From positions 352,001 to 416,000 of the forward strand of contig CBDDFZ010000001.1 in the NCBI GenBank assembly GCA_965227515.1: DNA of 64,000 nucleotides. The letters are read 5' to 3'. The notes beneath the pieces were generated by a model that had not been told where the DNA came from, did not search any database, and saw only the letters and a list, made by a program, of their open reading frames with translations. This DNA comes from Alphaproteobacteria bacterium. Lineage in GTDB: Bacteria > Pseudomonadota > Alphaproteobacteria > CALKHQ01. The first letter of the stretch is position 1, and every line of letters starts with the position of its first letter. This document shows positions 63,934 through 64,000 of the stretch, piece by piece. Made by a program: the position numbers and the translations under genes.

Positions 63934-64000
63934 CATCAGGACTTCCGATCAGGCAAGTTATGCACCCACACCATCCCTTCTGGGTCGGCACCGGCTGGAA

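Overview
GC-rich alphaproteobacterial chromosomal window (Rhodospirillales-like gene content, inferred). Most of it is housekeeping and metabolic genes: dps fragment, acyl-CoA synthetase, pepF, 5-oxoprolinase, djlA, uup, an amidase, rmuC, an RpoH-family sigma, hslO, hyi-glycerate kinase-pyk, pepP-prmA-uvrD, a xylose-type ABC transporter, ade and a uronate-oxidation cluster. It also carries tRNA-Thr(GGT), a DUF1778/GNAT toxin-antitoxin pair, two AT-rich orphan genes (DUF4062 protein and AAA+ ATPase), three families of intergenic palindromic repeats and four IS copies. The most unusual locus is a five-gene cassette at 49378-53058. It comprises a signal-peptide/Hint-domain precursor with an acidic Gly/Ser tail, a lipoprotein, and a divergent operon for an ECF sigma, an anti-sigma and a GT9 glycosyltransferase. 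The anti-sigma and the lipoprotein share a paralogous extracytoplasmic domain, and the two operons face outward from twin promoter-like motifs. In addition, two IS types have inserted into different REP families. Both IS481 copies duplicate exactly the 5-nt loop of a CGTC-type REP hairpin. An IS110/IS1111 element sits in the GTAG tag of a GTAG-type REP and has candidate guide segments in its 3' non-coding end. All calls come from reading motifs by eye; no database searches were run.
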